From Stegostoma tigrinum (lineage: Eukaryota): a DNA stretch of 64,000 nt. The notes below the pieces were generated by a model. The model was not told where the DNA came from, made no database searches, and was given only the letters and a program-made list of their open reading frames with translations. Numbering within the stretch: position 1 is the first letter of the stretch; the number at the start of each line of letters is the position of its first letter. The stretch covers positions 3,038,001 to 3,102,000 of the forward strand of contig NC_081396.1 of assembly GCF_030684315.1 (NCBI RefSeq), in the 5' to 3' direction. Below, piece by piece: positions 11,950 to 24,289 of this stretch. The position numbers and the translations under genes were made by a program.

Positions 11950-13720
11950 TCTAGCCATAGAGTCATACAGCATGGAAACAGACAGACCGAGTTTCCCAAA
12001 CTAAATTAATCCCACTGGAAACCTTTTGTATTTACGTGCCTATCCAAATGTCTTTCAAATATTGCAATTGTACCTCCCTCTACCACTTCTTTGGACAGTT
12101 CATTCCACCCATGACTACGACTGTGGATGGAAAAACTGCGCCTCGTTTCCCTTTGAAAATTTTCCCCTCACCTTAAAAATATACCCCGCCTAATTTTGAA
12201 TTTACCTGCCCTATGGAAAAGGCCTTTGTTATTCACCTTATCTATGCCGCTCATGATTTTGTAAACTGTTATAAGGCCACCCCACAACCTTTTACTCTCC
12301 AGTGAAATAATTCGCAGTCTATCCAGCCTATCCTTACGATGCAATCTGTTCAGCCTTGGCAACGTAAAATCCTTTTTCAGCCGTCGTCAATTTAATTATA
12401 TCTTTCATATAGCAGGCAAATGTACACAGTGCTCCAAAAATGGTCGCACCAGCGTCCTGTCCAACGCTAAGTCGACGTCCCAACTCCTCTAATCAATGGT
12501 CTGAGCAATGAAGGCGAGCATGCCAAATGCCTTCTTAACCACCTGTTCACTTGTGACGCAACTTTCAAAGAAATATATACTCGAACCCCTGGACGTCTGC
12601 TTGAAAGCACAACCCAAAATCCCTACCGTTAACTGAATAAGTCCCGTTCTTGTTTGTTTTACCAAAATGCAATACCTGGCATTTATTCAAATCAAACTTC
12701 TTTTGCCACTGACCAGCCCCTTGGCCCAATTGATCAAGATCCCTTTGGAATCTTATGTCACCTTTGTCACTGTTGATGATAACACCAATTTGGTTGATCC
12801 ACAAATTTACTAACTATGCCTCTTAATTTCTCAATCAAATCGTTCATTTAAATGACAAACAAAAGTGGACCCAGCACCAGAATGAGCGGAACACCGCTGG
12901 TCCCAATCCTCCAGTCCAAAAACAACAATCCTCCAACGCCACTCTTTGGCTCTGACCATTGAACTAATTTTATATTGAATTGACAAGATCTCCCTGAATC
13001 TCGTGTGATATAACTTTACTAATTAGTCCACCATGCAAAACCTTGTCAAAGACTTCACTGAAATCCATGTTGATAATGTCTACCACTGTTCACTCATCAA
13101 TCAATTAGGTTATGACCTCAAACTCCTTTTCTGCATTGTGGACTGTATTCAAGATGTCAATATTTATTTCCATGAGTTGCCTACCTTCCATTTCTTCGTC
13201 CACAGTATAAAACGGCGCTGGCAGTTAATATTTCTCAGATCTCCTGTGGTTCCAGACATTGACGCTGATCTTTGAGGAGGCTATTTTTTCCCTAGTTACT
13301 CCTTTGCTCTTAATGCCCTTGTTGAATCTGAAGATTATCTTCCAAGGCTATTTCATATCCCCTTTTTCGCCTCCTGAGTTCACTCTTAAGAATGCCTCCC
13401 ACACCTCTTATAGTCTTCTAGCTATTCACTTGATCTCAGTTTCTGTATCTAACGTATGATTCATTCTCATTCATTTTTGCCACCATTGTTCCCTACTTGT
13501 ATGAACCTTACCTTCACTCTGAACATAATGCCTCTGAACTCTCATCACTTCACATTTGAAAGCCTCCCACTTGGTAGCTGGCCCTTTACTTGTGAACAGT
13601 CTACTCCAATCAACTCTTGAAAGTTCTCGCTTCATACTGTCAAAATTTTCCCTACTCTAATTAAGGAGTAACCTCTACGACTCCCTCACCTTTAATAGTG
13701 TAAATTGCCCTTAAAGGCCT
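11950..13720 (-). mobile_element. Degenerate CR1 LINE fragments
   Basis: Minus-strand QRDLDQLGQ...WQKKFDLNKCQVLHFG and SLESKRLWGGLITVYKIM. Confidence 0.75.
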
Positions 13721-16525
13721 TTCAGTTGCAAACACGGATAATTTACTGGTATTGGTTAATACCTGAAAAGAAAAATACCGTGGGTGACTTGGTGATGTGA
13801 AATAAAGAAGTTACGATGTGTGTAAGGACACTTCTGGATATAAAAGACAATAGAAGAAAAACTAACTCCCATTCTCTCCACTGAGGTCTTGCCTGGGCTG
13901 CTGTACCTTCGGAGTATTTTCGTATTTAGTTTTATTCAATACAAATTTATTTCACCTTCTGTTTTGTACTGGTCAATAAGTTGTTTACGGCTGTTTGCTT
14001 TTTCAGAATGTAATTACCTTATAGTGCACATTCTCGGAGTTCAGTGTTTGGAGTTTGTTTCAGCCTGTGCATAGGTATGCAAAGAATAATTACAAAACAA
14101 AAGTTAATAACAATTTCAGGTAAAGTATTAGGATATTGAGAGAACAGTGAAGAACTTCAAAACAACAGAGAGGATGCAGGAAAGGACGTCATTGGAAATT
14201 AGCAGGATTTCCGCCTTCCCTGATTGACGACAACTTCTGATTTATAATCTTTGAGGGTTGGTATTCATTGATATCCTTGCGTCAGATAGGTCTCAGTCTC
14301 ATGGAGGTGTGACATACTTCTTTGTATTGTAATGAATTCGGACGAACATTTAATTGGCAATGTGTAAATCCGAAGGGATGCAGGAGTAGAGTATCCTCTG
14401 TGCATATGTGCACGAATCAGGTAACGTACCATTGAGCGTCGAGAGCACAACAAATGAACCTTATTTCATAAATAGCGCTGTAGAGAACAAATACAAACGA
14501 ATTATGCTAAACTGAAATAAAACAATGGCGTGTCTCACCAGGAATATTGCATCCAATTTCAGGTGTCAATGCCACATCTTTGAAAGAATGTAAAGTCAGG
14601 AGTGAGGGTGCATGACTGATTCGCGACACCGTTCCCGGGAAATATTGAGAAATCAGGACTGTTCTCCTCTGCTGAACAGTAACTTTTAATTTGATTGAAC
14701 TCCTAAAACTACGGATTAGTTTTGGCAGAGTCGTATAGGGAGAAAATGCTTTCACTGAAGAAGGATTGAGAGCATTCAGCCGCTGGATAAATGTAATTGA
14801 CAATAGAAACAGCACAGACATAGATAGAGACGGATTTTATTGCAGCGAGCGTTTCGGATAAGTAAGTTGAGTTACGTATGCAGTGGACTCGGGATTAATC
14901 GTAGCATTCAAAAGTTTATGAGCATTTAGCCTGGTGTAATGCTTTAAAAGAGCAGTTGTGCTTTTCTCATTCACGGGGTGAAGGGCGTCGTTGGCTAAGC
15001 AGTACTCATTACCCATCTCGAATTGCCCAGAAGGCAGTTAAGAGACAACAACTTTTCTGTGGGTCTGGAGTCACATGTAGGCCAGACCAGGTAAGGAATG
15101 CAATTTCCTTCCCTAAAGGACGTTTAGTTGTGAATAATCAGAAAAGATGTGTATGTTTGTTGAACAGTAACCGTAAAATTCTGTCCTCGCATTTCCCACA
15201 TTAAGCAGACTTCCACAATTTCTACAGTCAGTTTATATTTATTGCTTTGCACACTAACAACGCCCTTACCATTTTCATTTGCATTCCTTCGATCCGCCTC
15301 TGTATTACTTGTAGAGATTTTGCACGTTTAACAATTCTGCTGCGATCAAAATATGAGACTGTTACTCCAATGGTTTGGGAGAGACTCTGCGGTGGCCTAA
15401 TTTCATTCCGTGAGCAATTCGTTTTAATGTTGGGGATGCATGTTATGTAATTGTTGTACATATTTAATTGTCCATTCATCTCTTGTTAAGATATAACGTG
15501 CACATTTAAGGATTAAATGGCAAATTAAGATAGAATGGGAAAGCTTGTTTTGACAAGTTCATATCATGCCTCAAATCATTAGCAATCATTGGATGCTTCA
15601 GCTGACCAACACATCAAATTTGGCCGAGGCAAATCTTAATTGATGGGTGATGTGAAATTCTTACAGTAGTTTTCAATCAGGGGTTCATATTGCATATAGA
15701 GCTCCAGAATAAATAAATTAAAACTACTGGGGAAGGCTTCACCGTTTCTAGAACAGATAGGTTCCAGACTCTGCGAACAGTTCCTATTATTGGTGCTGAA
15801 TTCTGTCCTGCACGATAGCCGTCCCGGTGACTGCACATTTCCAGCACTTCGGATCCCTGCCTTGCCCGATTGACATGGACAGCTGGTTGATAATTTTTGA
15901 CGTTTGCTATTCAGTTATATCTCTTGATCAGACAGACCTGAGTTTCATTCCCTGGAATTTGACAGGCGTGGTGTGTCAAACAGATCCAAAGATTTGTGCT
16001 CCATGAACCTGATGTGTGAGAAACGCTCTAGCTCTGAGAATCATTCGTCGGTATATCTACTTGTTCTGTCTGCATTTCCGACTGAACGTTGACATTTTCT
16101 TTTAGCTGATGAATGTTTAATTGGATATTTTATTGGAGCTTTAACTAACACTGCGACAGGCTGTACCGACATTGATTGTATTTTTAATTAAGCCGAGTAA
16201 GCTTCTTTACTCCATTGCCTGTTTTTTTTATAGGTTTTTAGTGCAGCCGAAGCGGTGACACTCTCAGTCTAAGAAGAAACACCGAGGGCCTTCTGGCGCT
16301 CTTATAATTCCCCCTCTGGAGTGCTCCGGAAAACATACTGAGTGAAAGATGAATTTGCATTAGTCGACCGAAGGTGGCGCAGCATTAACCTAAATGGATG
16401 AAATACGGCCAAACATAACCAGAGATCAGTGAGCAGGACGCGTCAACATGGTAAATTGTTACATTACCGATGGGTTTTGAAGAAAGAATTAAGCAAACTC
16501 AGTTTTAGTGCATATTCGTTCAACA

Positions 16526-16531
16526 TTTATT
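16526..16531 (-). terminator. Candidate poly(A) signal of membrane-form mRNA
   Basis: Minus-strand AATAAA ~420 nt downstream of the TM2 stop. Confidence 0.45.
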
Positions 16532-16950
16532 AACTAGTTCAGACAGCATTTTTGTTGAATGGTTTATGGTAAAGTTAACAGTAGTGAATATAATGACTGG
16601 ATGCCCCACTGAGATGAGATCGCATGTACTGTGAGTTGTGAATGTTATACACATCTGTGACAGACTCGAGGAAGAGAAAATACGGGCTCAACATAAAGGT
16701 TGGGCGACCACTCTGAAAGAAAATTACAAATGGACATCAAACAATTAGGAAGCTACACAGTATTCCAACCACAATTGTCTCAACGACAACAAACAAATTA
16801 AAACGGAAAACCCATCAATTATTTTCTCAGCTACACGCTCATAAACGCAAGTTATCTCACCGTTGGAATCAGCAAAATGACAGATTGTAGATATAGAATT
16901 CAAGGGCCTCTACAAACGGATGAAGAAAATGTAAGGAGTCCAAAATTCAT

Positions 16951-16959
16951 TCACTTGAC
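16951..16959 (-). pseudogene. IGHM: IgM TM2 exon coding part (V-K-stop)
   Basis: ccctattttctag|GTC AAG TGA completes the KVK cytoplasmic tail. Not in the ORF track. Confidence 0.85.
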
Positions 16960-17090
16960 CTAGAAAATAGGGACAAATTAACCATTCTGATCAGAGGCTT
17001 TCAAGTTTTAACTTTTATTCAATGACACGGTTAGAGATTTCACAAGTCTTATTCGTCTGTTTGAACTGCGAATGATTTGATTAGTCTCAC

Positions 17091-17218
17091 CTTCACCAGA
17101 GTGACGGCAGCGCTGTAGAAAACACTTAGGAAGAACAGGGTGATGAATGTTAAAGCCGTTTTCCTGATGTTGCTGTGATCGTTTTCATAGTTTTCAATCC
17201 AAGTGCGATCTATCGAAT
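17091..17218 (-). pseudogene. IGHM: IgM TM1 exon
   Basis: ttcgtag|..|gtgaga; translates DSIDRTWIENYENDHSNIRKTALTFITLFFLSVFYSAAVTLVK (CART motif). The conserved NIW Trp reads Arg (AGG). Not in the ORF track. Confidence 0.92.
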
Positions 17219-17759
17219 CTACGAATATAAAGGCGAGAGAACGTATTTAGATACTTTATCGATCCAGTCTGACATATCTGTATATAAGTACTGGAATCAG
17301 GGACCGTTACATCTTCAAGCAGTCAGTTTGTTCTCAAATTTGACTCTCGATCTGTATCAGTAATTGCGTTCGTGATTCTCAGCGCTAACTTACTAATACT
17401 GTGCATTTTCTTCCTTTATTATCCGTGGGAGAATATTTTGAAATATTTCATCATTTAATCTATTATTGGAGAATATTATTACTTTTATCTTTTGCAGAAT
17501 GTTCATCGGGAACGATTATATTAATTATATCATTATATTTTAAATATAGGCTGTGACATTTGATTAGTTGAAAATTGTGGTCGTCACTGGATAAAAGTTC
17601 AAATCGTTCATCTTCATTTTTTTGTGACCAATTTCTTGGAAACCACGAATATAAATTAGATCCACAGTAAGGACGTTGCTTCATATTTTTGTTTGTAGAA
17701 ACTGTATGAGTCAGGAAGTGCGTTTTGTGAAGCATCCCTTAATTTATTTTTGCTCATAT

Positions 17760-19000
17760 CTTGATGTGTATGTTTTTCTTTCAGTGTTTCGGTAAGCGGT
17801 TATGCGTGTCGTTTACTTCGTACGTGCCCATGTTGGGGTTTGTGCATTATTAAACCTTTCCACTTTGCTTTACTGTTGATGTGTTCATTCTTCTTTTTTT
17901 CCCACTTCACAGATGCTGCCAGACTTGCTGAGCTTTTCCAGCAACCTTGTTTTTGTTCTTGATTTACAGCATCCTCGGTGCTTTCGGTTTTTTTTGTTCA
18001 TTACACGGTTGTGATTGTTTATGTAAATTTTGTTCATTTCAAAATGTGCAAACATAATTATGTTAATGTACCATTTTATTTGTTGATGTCAATGACAATG
18101 TTTTAAAGCTTTTGTGAATGTGTGTATTTTTTGCATTTATGCCATCTAAAATATGTATTAAAGGGCTTATTTCAGATCTTATCGCTGTCGTGTTTTTTTT
18201 GCATGTTTGTGCTTCATGACTGTGTATATTAGAATGCAACCTTATGTTTTGAGAGATGTTTGTATTTTTGTGATGACGTCCACTTGTGCTTCTATACATA
18301 CTAAACCAGCTCTTGTTTGTGTACTTACGTGTAAACGTTTGCTGATGCTTGTGTCATAATTCTTGTAAATGCCCAATGATCTGTCGGCCTATGCACATTT
18401 GTGGCTGTCTGTGAGATTATGAACTTTATGTAACAGTGCCCATGTATATGTGCTAATGGATGCGGTTTAAAATAAGTAATTCAGCTATCTCTGTTCTCAT
18501 ATGCCTATGTTTGTGAAATTGGGATCATAATGAGATTACTATTTATCTCTGTGCTCATATGTGCCTGTGTGAGTATACGTGTGGGAGGACATTTCTAGGA
18601 TGTACCTATGTGTTTATACAGTTATGTCTCTATATATTACAGTGTATGAACGTACAAGTATTCCTGTCCATTTGTGGGTTAATGTGTGTCTATGATTTTC
18701 ATGATTACTTGTGGGCACCCCTGTTCAATTGTTTGCTTATCTCTTTCACTGTATATGCGTTTTGTAAGTGTTTATATCACCGCTCATGTACATTATGCAT
18801 GTGTGTCTCTACGGGTGCAAGCGTCTGTGATGGCAGATCTGCACTGACATTTATGTGTGAGCATGTGAATGTTCCTTTAGGTGAGCATTGTATAACGCTC
18901 AATGTATATTCAGCTGCAATGTATAATTGTGTCTGTATCTGTGTGTTGATCTTATGCCAGACTCTGTTCATTTTTGCTACTGCTCCAATTGGTCACCATT
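17760..19000. repeat. T/G-skewed low-complexity tract (decayed TG-rich simple repeat) in the CH4-TM1 intron
   Basis: Dense tgtg/tgta/tatg words on the plus strand; no coherent ORF. Confidence 0.5.
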
Positions 19001-20019
19001 GATGGTGTAGGGAACATTTCTCGCCATCATGGAGAAATAAGCATTTTGCGAAAGACTCCTTTGATGCAGTGATAGAATTTCTGTCTTTGAGACCAAGAGG
19101 CCTGACGTCAGATGCCCACTGCTCCAGAGATGTATAATAACATTTCTGAGTATGTTGATCAGAAAATATCTGCAAATGTTCTTTACTTAAAACAAAATGT
19201 TGTCAGGTGTTGGAATACTAGCAACCTCATGAGTTCCACAAAACTGAGACAAAACAGTGGAACACTCGCGGTCCAATATGCTTCAAAGGCATCATTTTAC
19301 ATGGAAAGTGTAAATCTTCAGACAACCAGCGGAAAGCTGACTGTTCCTGTCTACAACTATTTCACATTATAGAGGGCCTTTAACGTGATAACTCTACACG
19401 GGGAGTCACAGTACATTCCGTCAATCATTCCTGTCTTATCTCCCTCTGCTCAACAATAGCACATTTTCATCCAGTTTTCTTTGGAATGGAAGTGAAAAAA
19501 ATTTTCTTTCAACGACTTCCCCAATGCCTGATCCCTGGCAGTTCCGCAGAGACAAAGGATAACTTCAAGTTGCTCTGCACTCTTTGCGATCGGTGCCCAT
19601 AGCTTTTCTTTCCTGTTGGTATGCCTCAATCAAAAATAATTTTAAAAATGTAAGTTTCTACTCCCAATTGACGCAAATTAAGCGGCATCTTGAAACTGGT
19701 ATGAATTTTGTGGGAACGAACAATTGGGGAAATCAGAAACACCAAGATCAATGTTCGTGGTGTTCATTTGTCATAAAATGGATATTGTCAGATTTAGTCT
19801 GAGTGGGATTTAAGACGGAGAAAGTACTTTGCGAAATTTTGCAGTGAGTAAGCTTCACTCTGTCTCAGACTCATGTTTTGTCTGAGCAGAGAGCATTGAT
19901 CACACAGTCACGAGTCCTACACTTGTTAATAGCACCTGGATGGATTGAACAGTCGTAAAAGTGGGCAAAGCAACTAATTAAACGTTAGGTACTTAAATCA
20001 CAATTGGAGTGGGAAACGC

Positions 20020-20034
20020 TTTATTACTTTTATT
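20020..20034 (-). terminator. Tandem poly(A) signals of secretory-form mRNA
   Basis: AATAAA at 20034-20029 and 20025-20020, just after the secretory tail. Confidence 0.8.
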
Positions 20035-20061
20035 GAACTCTTAAGTGTAACCTTGAGATTT

Positions 20062-20122
20062 GCATTGACATGAATTAATGGTGGCCATCAGTACAAGTGA
20101 AATGTTCACAAAGCTCGGTTAC
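20062..20122 (-). pseudogene. IGHM: IgM secretory tailpiece, frameshifted
   Basis: GGTAACCGAGC instead of GGT AAA CCG AGC gives GNRAL*. The shifted frame reads [18 protein letters not shown], the shark mu tailpiece. Confidence 0.88.
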
Positions 20123-20452
20123 CACTGGATTTATCAACCATTCTGTTGATGATCTTCAATGGAATCGCTTCATGCCCCACCACACAGGAGTAAGAAGCAC
20201 CGCTGGCCCACTCCTCCGCAGCAATGGATAACAGGCTGTACATGAAGAAAGAGGTGTTATCGCTCTCTGCCGCCACTTCGGTGTTTTTGTAGTGACTGGG
20301 ATTCACCGGCGTGTCTTTGGTAGTCCACTTGATGAAGACCTCTCGGGGGGAGAAACCTCTCACTAAACAGGTGAGGGAGACAAATCTCTGATCGGCGATT
20401 TCTTCCATCGGCGGCAGGAGGACAGACACTGACGGCACCAGCGGATTTTTCG
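20123..20452 (-). pseudogene. IGHM: IgM CH4 exon (open frame, 330 nt to internal donor)
   Basis: [15 protein letters not shown]...[18 protein letters not shown]...[25 protein letters not shown]. The acceptor is a weak ggag. Confidence 0.92.
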
Positions 20453-20881
20453 CTCCAGAATATTTGAAACAAATGAATTTTGAAAATCCAGAATCATTAT
20501 TTGGATTTTACTAAATATTAAAGTATTCCACTTTTAATTTTGGATTTATTCACTTTCATTTTCTAAGGGAGCAGAATATTATCCTTTCTACTCATTTTAT
20601 AAAACAAAAATAAATCGAAAGTTGCCTCCATGTTTCCAACCCACAAGAAAATTCTGACCTTTAGTCGTTGCTGATGTTTGAGTCACAAACTGGGCTTCTT
20701 CCTACCATATTAGAATATCCCTTAATCTACCCTTTTCTTCATAAGCTACGTAGCTATCCTGCCATGCAATGCATCACTAACGTGCCCAACGGTGTTCGCT
20801 CATTACTAATCAAAGCATGATACTGATGCAACTGGTTTTAAGTTACACATGGGATGCTTTTGCTCTTACCTCTTCACTCAC

Positions 20882-21242
20882 CTTTCTCCTTGCGGATGGA
20901 GTCTCTCAAAGGAGTTGGTAGATTCTGATGGTTCACCACGCAGTAGAAATTAACCCCACTCAGCCAGGCTTGTGTAGAAATGTCTAATTCGCTGATCACG
21001 CTGTCAGGATGCTCTCCAGGCTTGTGTAGAAATGTCTAATTCGCTGATCACGCTGTCAGGATGCTCTCCAGGCTGGTCGGCAATCTCTGATTTCAGATTC
21101 TTCTTTTCTTGTTCCAAGGTGGCGTTGACTCCAAAAGGAAGATTGGAAACAACACAAGTTAACGTCACTGTTGCCTCCAGTAAGACCTGGTCTGTTGGCG
21201 GCGGGAGTACTTTAACTGCGAAATCACTGCACTCGGTAACGT
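20882..21242 (-). pseudogene. IGHM: IgM CH3 exon, frameshifted by 52-bp tandem duplication
   Basis: cacag|..|gtgagt; 361 nt = 309 + 52. DVTECSD...[10 protein letters not shown]...STQAW(dup)[19 protein letters not shown]. The C-strand Trp reads Leu (TTG). Confidence 0.92.
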
Positions 21243-23165
21243 CTGTGAAGTGGAAATCAAAAACAATGAAAGATGCCACTTTAGGATCAAAATACCAGTC
21301 TTCAGTCTATTTCCTTACAAGATAAAGAAACCACTTTTGAGACGGCAATTTCCAATGATACTTGCAGAAACCATACTTACTGTTGTTCGTAAACTTTGAC
21401 TTGTGAAAACATTCCTGACTGTCTCTAAAATGACCTGTGTGTTCATGCCTAAAGAAAATTGGCTTTGCAAGAAATGAAACCCATGAAAAAAATCATTAAA
21501 TGTACCTTTACGTAACCCATGTAGATGCCTTCCGTTCAGAGTCCTTCTTTCGTTTGAGACCATCTATTGATGCCTCTGGGGAAAAACAGTCTAATCTCTG
21601 CTCATTCATGAACCAACATGCAAATGTTGTTGGTCATACTGAGCGCGAAATCAAATCCCGAATTTCGGGAAAACTGTAACTAAATGGAAATGTTCTCTTA
21701 TTCGTCATGTATTTGCAGAGATTTTAATATATTATAGGAGCGGTGAATGGCTACAGAAATTCTGTTCAATGTGATTTAACGCGATCGAAAATAATTTGCA
21801 TTATTGGTGTGAGTCCTTCTCTAAAACACGTCATTATTATTATTTATTATAATGTTATTCCTCATGTGCTCAATTTGGAGAACATCTGGAAACAAGACAC
21901 TGAGCACACCATAGGAAATAGCCTGTTTTCTCAAGAGTTTTCCCCCATTAAGTTAGTTAATGACTGGTCTCCACCTTCAATTTATTTACCAACCTACAAT
22001 TATCAGTTTACTCGCCAAACAAAAACAAAATCAAACAGGAGCGTTTTTCATTTATGTACAGACTCAATAGAAATTTGAGGTAGTGAAATTCTGGCTTCCA
22101 CGACTAACCGTGTGAATATATCTGTCCTGAAGCTAAGTTTAATCAGCCCGGATCAAAGTTTCAGTTCATTCATCCCAACTGTAGCATTCCGACCGGACGT
22201 TATTCCCCTGCCACATTCATTAATTCCAGAAAACTCCTAGCAGAAGCTCAATTAGATCACGCTTTTCTGTGTTAATCCATTGTAATACACGTTTGGTTTG
22301 TGGTCTGGTCTCATGAATAATATTACAGAGCCCCGATCATATAAAATGTATGTCGTGCAATTCCCAACGCCAAAACATAATTCCTGAGCTGACAGCAAAG
22401 AATTAAACGCGTTTTGTTTTATTTTCAAGTATAGGTCACTGCGGGCTCATGTTGAGACCACAAGATTAGGATTATGAAGTAAAGTTAGGCTATGAGGGCA
22501 GTCCAGACTGCTCCGCTATTTGATCATGGCTGATATGTTTCTGAACCCCATTCTCCTGCACGCACCCCACACTAAGCAAGAACCTATCTTTCTCTGTCTT
22601 AAATATGTGGAATAAATTGGCCTGCGCAGCCCTCTGTAGCAACGAGCTCCATAGAGTCAGCTCTCTCGGCTGAACAATTGCTCTTCATCTCACTTCGAAA
22701 TGGTCCTCCTTTCTGAGGTTGTGCCATCCTGTTCTAAATTCGCAGACTGGTGAAAATATCTTCTCTACCTCCACTCTATCTGGGTCTCTCGGTATTTTCT
22801 ATGTTTCTACAAGATCTCTCCCAGAACCCAAACCCTATTATTTTTAAGGCTGTTACCAGTAATGGATTCTGCTCTCTGGCTATCTCTCAAGTATGGTCAG
22901 TCAACAAACTGTAAAAAAAAAGCACTGTGAATCCAGCCCACTCTCTACATGTCTTCAACACAGAGGATAGCATGTTCTCCTGATTTACTTCAATGATGTA
23001 TTCTGAGCAATGCTAATGTAATACACTCTAAAATGAGATAGGTGCACACGGCATGATGGTAAATTAAAACCTGCTGCGTGCTAATTCCGAAGCCTGAAAG
23101 ATTCGTTACTTGATTCCCATCGGAGCTCGAAATGATTTGTAATTATCTCGCGGTGTATCCCTCAC

Positions 23166-23478
23166 CCTGGGGTGCCGTGATCCTTTTACTTTTAATCACC
23201 TCTTGATGCGTGACCTGACAGGTATAGACTGCGCTGTTGAGCCATTCACGAAGAGGGACTCTCAGCCGACTGGTCGCTGAGAAGTTTCCATTCGCTTCAC
23301 ACACGGGAGACGTGAAGAAGCCAGAATCCACCGGTGGTCCATTCTTCAACCAACTAACAGAGATTGACTTTGGGTGGAAATCAATGATTGAACAGATGAT
23401 GGTTGTAAATTTGCTGTTTCTGATTTCTTCACGAGAACCTACAGTTAGGAGGAGTTGGATGGACACCATTGATTGAAC
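23166..23478 (-). pseudogene. IGHM: IgM CH2 exon, frameshifted near 5' end
   Basis: ttcttaag|..|gtgagg; 313 nt (not 3n). The spliced frame reads [16 protein letters not shown] (TGA 23431-23429). The Ig domain ([20 protein letters not shown]...YTCQVTHQ) is in another frame. Confidence 0.9.
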
Positions 23479-24289
23479 CTTAAGAAAACACATCATATAA
23501 GTTATCTGATTTCTGAAGAAAAGTCCAGAACGAAACATCAGCCTTCCTGCTTCTCTGATGCTGCCTGACCTGCTGAGTTCATCCAGCTCTACACCTTGTT
23601 ATCTCAGTTTCTCCAGCATTGGCAGTACCTACTGTCTCTGATATAAATTGTCCGACGAATTTGAGAAAAAAATACAGAGTTGCTTCCTTTCACGGTTCAT
23701 TGCTATTAACAGATACTTCCTTAAATATTACAAGGGCTATCATTGTACAGAGTACTCTTGAAGCTGGGATCTAAACAGAAAGATCAGCAGGGCGATATAA
23801 AATTTCAAAATTAGAAGAAACAACAAGAGAGTAAATAAGGTACAGCAATTATATGTCAGTGAAATCAAAAGCGAGTTAGCAACGTTGGAGTCCAACGCGC
23901 AGATCAGAGGAGTTGAAGGTGGAAATGTGGGAAAACTGCAATTGACCTCACGGAGACATGTTGAGAGAGGGGCAGGATTCATTATTCCGAGGTTTATGGT
24001 CTTCAGGTGAGACGGGGAAAGATGTAGAAAGGAAGGAGGTGGTCAGCAGCGAAGAGGAATGAAATTGTAGATGCCTCCTCAGATGAAGGCAAATGTAAAG
24101 GGCTTAAAAACCAAAATACAGCAAATACTACTAGGAGAACAATATTGGCTCCTGTATAGGTGCGAGAGACATAAGTGTTTAGATAACGTCGACAAGTTTC
24201 AATAACGTGTAAATTGATGTGGTAATGATTTCAGGGGTTTCAACTTCTTCACCGGAGGCTGAGGCATTCATCGTTTCAAGTTTTTAGAC

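Noticed and set aside
14632-14653. Palindromic TTCCCGGGAA (STAT6-like) next to C/EBP-like TTGAGAAAT
   Set aside because: Short motifs with no conservation evidence available.
18559-19002. 147-aa Cys/Val-rich ORF and other short ORFs in the track
   Set aside because: Products of TG-rich low complexity, shadow frames of ZNF/TE sequence, or N gaps.
20870-20881. Second GTAAG donor 12 nt after CH3
   Set aside because: Its use would include an in-frame TGA.
20058-21625. Perfect octamers at 20058-20065 and 21618-21625
   Set aside because: A few hits are expected by chance in 64 kb of AT-rich DNA; no supporting motif cluster.
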